Positions 60,991-64,000 of a stretch of DNA of 64,000 nucleotides are shown piece by piece. How positions within the stretch are numbered: position 1 is the stretch's first letter; each line of letters begins with the position of its first letter. The position numbers and the translations under genes are program-made. Origin of the DNA: Candidatus Bathyarchaeota archaeon (GTDB lineage Archaea; Thermoproteota; Bathyarchaeia; Bathyarchaeales; Bathycorpusculaceae); contig OY970340.1 of the NCBI GenBank assembly GCA_963717465.1, positions 32,001 through 96,000 on the forward strand, read 5' to 3'. The notes beneath the pieces were generated by a model, which made no database searches, had not been told where the DNA came from, and saw only the letters and a list, made by a program, of their open reading frames with translations.

Positions 60991-61641
60991 ATGGAAAATG
61001 TTGAAAAAATTGCTGATGATCTCTACTTTGTAAAGTATGTTCATCGTATTGGGTCATTCGTTGGGATAACTGTTATCGCGGGTAGTCACACGATAGGTTT
61101 AGTTGATTCGGGTTTCGAGGCAACCGTTGCCGATAACCTGTTTCCTTTCATCAATGAATTGGGGCGTAGTCCAGAAGAGATTGATCTCGTAGTTAACACT
61201 CATAGTGATGTAGATCACGTTCAAGGAAATAAAATAATTAAGGAGAAAACCAAGGCTAAGATAGCTATTCACAATCTCGATGCAAAGGCATCAGAATTTG
61301 TAGATATCAAGCTGAACGATGGAGATCACGTTGAACTGGGTGATAGGAAATTTGAGATTATACATGCCCCAGGTCATACACCTGGAAACATATGCCTCTA
61401 TGAAAAGGAAAACCAACTTTTGATTACTGGAGATTCCCTTTGCGGAGACAGAGTCGATCTCATAAGGATGGGCAAAGACATGTACATAAACTCCATCAAA
61501 AAATTGCTAGAATTAAATGTGCGTCTTTTGATTCAAAGCCATCCTCGAAAACCAATTGAAAAGGCAGTTCTTAGGGGAGATGAACCTCGAAGAATGATGA
61601 TGGCAAGCATTTCTTTTGCAGACAAGTTATCGTCAAAATAG
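60991..61641 (+). CDS. Metallo-beta-lactamase-fold hydrolase
   Basis: THSDVDHVQG, PGHTPG, TGD and SH motifs. Confidence 0.88.
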   Translation: MENVEKIADDLYFVKYVHRIGSFVGITVIAGSHTIGLVDSGFEATVADNLFPFINELGRSPEEIDLVVNTHSDVDHVQGNKIIKEKTKAKIAIHNLDAKASEFVDIKLNDGDHVELGDRKFEIIHAPGHTPGNICLYEKENQLLITGDSLCGDRVDLIRMGKDMYINSIKKLLELNVRLLIQSHPRKPIEKAVLRGDEPRRMMMASISFADKLSSK

Positions 61642-61705
61642 AGAAAATATCAAGCTCTAAATCGAAGATGTTCTTTTGGAATCTTTAGTTTTTGTGATTT
61701 AGCGT

Positions 61706-62359
61706 TTATTTTTTTCCTTCGGTTTTTGCCCAGTCTTCTTTGAATTTCTTTATTCCGCTTTCAGTTAGTGGATGATTCCACATCTTTGCTAAAACGTCGG
61801 CTGGTATTGTTGCAACATGTGCTCCTGCTTTTGCTGCTTCTAGAACGTGAATTGGATGTCTGATGCTTGCAACAATAATTTTTGTTTTAAACCCGTAGTT
61901 CTTGTAAATTTGCATCATGTCTCGAATTAAGTTCATTCCATCTTCGGATATGTCATCTAGTCTTCCAACAAAAGGCGATACGTAGCTTGCACCTGCCTTT
62001 GCTGCAATTAATGCTTGACTTGCACTGAATACTAGCGTTACGTTTGTTTTGATTCCTTTCCCTTCGAGTATTTTTACAGCTTTAATTCCTTCTTGAGTAA
62101 ACGCAACTTTTACAACGATATTTTTTGCCCATTTTGAATATGCTTCTGCCTCGCGAACAATCTCATCGCACGTATCAGCATTTCCTTCAACTGAAATAGG
62201 TCCATTTATTACTTTTGCAATCTCAGCAATTATTTCTTGTTGACTTTTTCCGCCTTCTTTTGCAATAAGTGTTGGATTTGTTGTAACTCCGTCGACAACT
62301 CCAAGTGCAGCTGCTTTCTTAATCTGTTCAACATTTGCAGTATCTAAAAAGAATTCCAT
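61706..62359 (-). CDS. tal: Transaldolase (short FSA/TalC type)
   Basis: FFLDTAN, GVTTNPTL, NIVVK, TNVTL, YVSPFVGRLDD and ASIR motifs. Confidence 0.93.
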   Translation of the reverse strand: MEFFLDTANVEQIKKAAALGVVDGVTTNPTLIAKEGGKSQQEIIAEIAKVINGPISVEGNADTCDEIVREAEAYSKWAKNIVVKVAFTQEGIKAVKILEGKGIKTNVTLVFSASQALIAAKAGASYVSPFVGRLDDISEDGMNLIRDMMQIYKNYGFKTKIIVASIRHPIHVLEAAKAGAHVATIPADVLAKMWNHPLTESGIKKFKEDWAKTEGKK

Positions 62360-62393
62360 AATTTCCAGCCTCAATAAACAAACATTAATTTGA

Positions 62394-63431
62394 TCAATTA
62401 ACTCTCACTACTTCACTTATCGCTCGCAATTCTTTTTTGCAGTTCTCACGAACGAATTTTGCAATTCCCTCGGAATCAAGCCCATATATTTTCATAAGTT
62501 CAAGAGGCTCTCCTGATTCGCAGAACATATTTTTTATCCCATGCCGCTTTAACGTGCATGGGATCGACTTTCCTGATTCGCTTAAAACTTCTGCGATTGC
62601 TCCTCCGAGTCCACCTGTTATTTGATGGTCTTCAACACTGATTATCAGGCCAGTTTTTTTCGCCCAAAATCTGATCGCGTCCTCATCAATTGGCTTTATT
62701 GTATGACAATCAATTACTGCACATGAGATTCCTTCAGATTCAAGTTTCTCTGCTGCAATTATTGATTCATATACTTGTGGTCCACATGCAAAAATTGCAA
62801 CGTCTTTTCCATCTCGATAAACATTTGCCTTTCCAATTGCAAATGGTGTTGAATGCGTAGTAAATACCGGCATTTTCTCTCGGCATGATCTAATATAGAC
62901 TGGACTTTTTGTTTTACTTGCTTCAATTGTTGCTTTTCTTGCCTCTTCAACATCTGCTGGAACAATGACTGTCATATTCGGAATAACTCGAGTAATTGCA
63001 ATGTCTTCTAATGCTTGGTGAGATGCCCCATCCGGCCCAACTGTAACTCCAGTATGTGAACCATGTAATTTTACTGGTACATTATTGTAACAAAGTGAAA
63101 CACGAATCTGATCCCAATTTCTTCCAGGCGAGAAAGCCCCATATGCAGAGATAAAAACTGTTTTTCCCGAAGAAGCAATTCCTGCAGCAACTCCTGCCAA
63201 ATTTTGCTCAGATACTCCAACTTGAACAAATCGATCTGGATATTTTTCCGCAAACCAATGCGTTCTCGTACTCTCAGAAACATCAGCAGTCATTACCCAT
63301 AGGTTTGGATTTTCAGCTCCAATCTCAACTAATGCTTTTCCAAATCCATCTCGACTTGGTTTCTTATTCTGGGGTGCATCAATATTTTCGATAAGCCCCA
63401 TTTCTTTGTTTATTTTTGATGAATTTACCAT
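62394..63431 (-). CDS. Transketolase, C-terminal subunit
   Basis: RDGFG, ADV..ST, GVSEQN, GPDGASHQALED and EDH...GGLG motifs. Confidence 0.93.
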   Translation of the reverse strand: MVNSSKINKEMGLIENIDAPQNKKPSRDGFGKALVEIGAENPNLWVMTADVSESTRTHWFAEKYPDRFVQVGVSEQNLAGVAAGIASSGKTVFISAYGAFSPGRNWDQIRVSLCYNNVPVKLHGSHTGVTVGPDGASHQALEDIAITRVIPNMTVIVPADVEEARKATIEASKTKSPVYIRSCREKMPVFTTHSTPFAIGKANVYRDGKDVAIFACGPQVYESIIAAEKLESEGISCAVIDCHTIKPIDEDAIRFWAKKTGLIISVEDHQITGGLGGAIAEVLSESGKSIPCTLKRHGIKNMFCESGEPLELMKIYGLDSEGIAKFVRENCKKELRAISEVVRVN

Positions 63432-63485
63432 ATCAACACCACAAAACCCGTTTCAGACTGTAGCAATAGTTGGTTTGACATAGGG

Positions 63486-64000
63486 CTACTTCTCCTCTTC
63501 ATCTCGATAGAATTTTCTCTCCTCTTCAAGATCTTCTAAGGCTGTTGTTGCTTCTTTATCACCCGGTGATTTTCCGTGCCATTCGGTAATAAATTCCATA
63601 AATGAGATATCTTTTCCAGGAACGGTATGTGCGATTATCATCGTTGGTTTATCGATTACCGTTTTCGCTTCGTTACATGCTGAAATTATTTGTTGAATAT
63701 TATGGCCATCGATATTAATTACGTGCCATCCGAATGCTCGATATTTTTCGTCAAGTGGTTCGAGTGGAAGAACATCTTCAGTAAATCCATCGATTTGAAT
63801 ATTATTTCTATCCATAATTGCAACTAAATTTCCAAGTTTAAATTTAGATGCTAAAAGTGCCGCTTCCCATACTTGTCCCTCGTTATGCTCACCATCTGAA
63901 CAAACACAGTAAACTCGCCAATTCTTTTTTTCTCTCTTTCCAACAAGTGCCATTCCAACTGCAATCGACAGTCCCTGACCGAGAGGACCTGAACTATTCT
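63486..64000 (-). CDS. Transketolase, N-terminal (TPP-binding) subunit, truncated by window edge
   Basis: SGPLGQGLS.A.GMA, SDGEHNEGQVWEA, DRNNIQIDG and WHGK motifs. Confidence 0.93.
   Translation of the reverse strand, partial: NSSGPLGQGLSIAVGMALVGKREKKNWRVYCVCSDGEHNEGQVWEAALLASKFKLGNLVAIMDRNNIQIDGFTEDVLPLEPLDEKYRAFGWHVINIDGHNIQQIISACNEAKTVIDKPTMIIAHTVPGKDISFMEFITEWHGKSPGDKEATTALEDLEEERKFYRDEEEK

Overview
Archaeal chromosomal window. KEOPS, TBP, an RPC34-like TFE-beta, proteasome alpha and an archaeal RNase P RNA show it is archaeal; gene content suggests Bathyarchaeia, which is inference. It has four parts. (1) About 1-15 kb is housekeeping: nadC, rlmE, kae1-bud32-rdgB-rps15-DHH-pcc1, valS, nadX. 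(2) About 15-34 kb is an accessory tract directly downstream of the minus-strand RNase P RNA gene (34336-34660). It is punctuated by degenerate copies of that gene's 3' end, which suggests serial integration at rnpB. (3) About 34.8-47 kb holds core and regulatory genes (AK6, tRNA thiolase, tbp, pstS, a sensor kinase). (4) About 47.3-60.3 kb is an unusual corrinoid methyl-transfer island. It contains a non-pyrrolysine MtmB homolog, a corrinoid protein, two divergent UroD/MtaA-fold paralogs lacking the canonical Zn motif, a lone lipoyl-carrier (GcvH-like) protein, an SCP2 protein, DUF2284, three radical SAM enzymes (two are near-twin AmmeMemoRadiSam-type paralogs) and a TrmB regulator, tied together by shared intergenic motifs. 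The window ends in transaldolase and transketolase genes. Many essential genes in the first 38.5 kb carry single-base frameshifts, most likely uncorrected sequencing indels. All family assignments come from motif recognition, not database searches.
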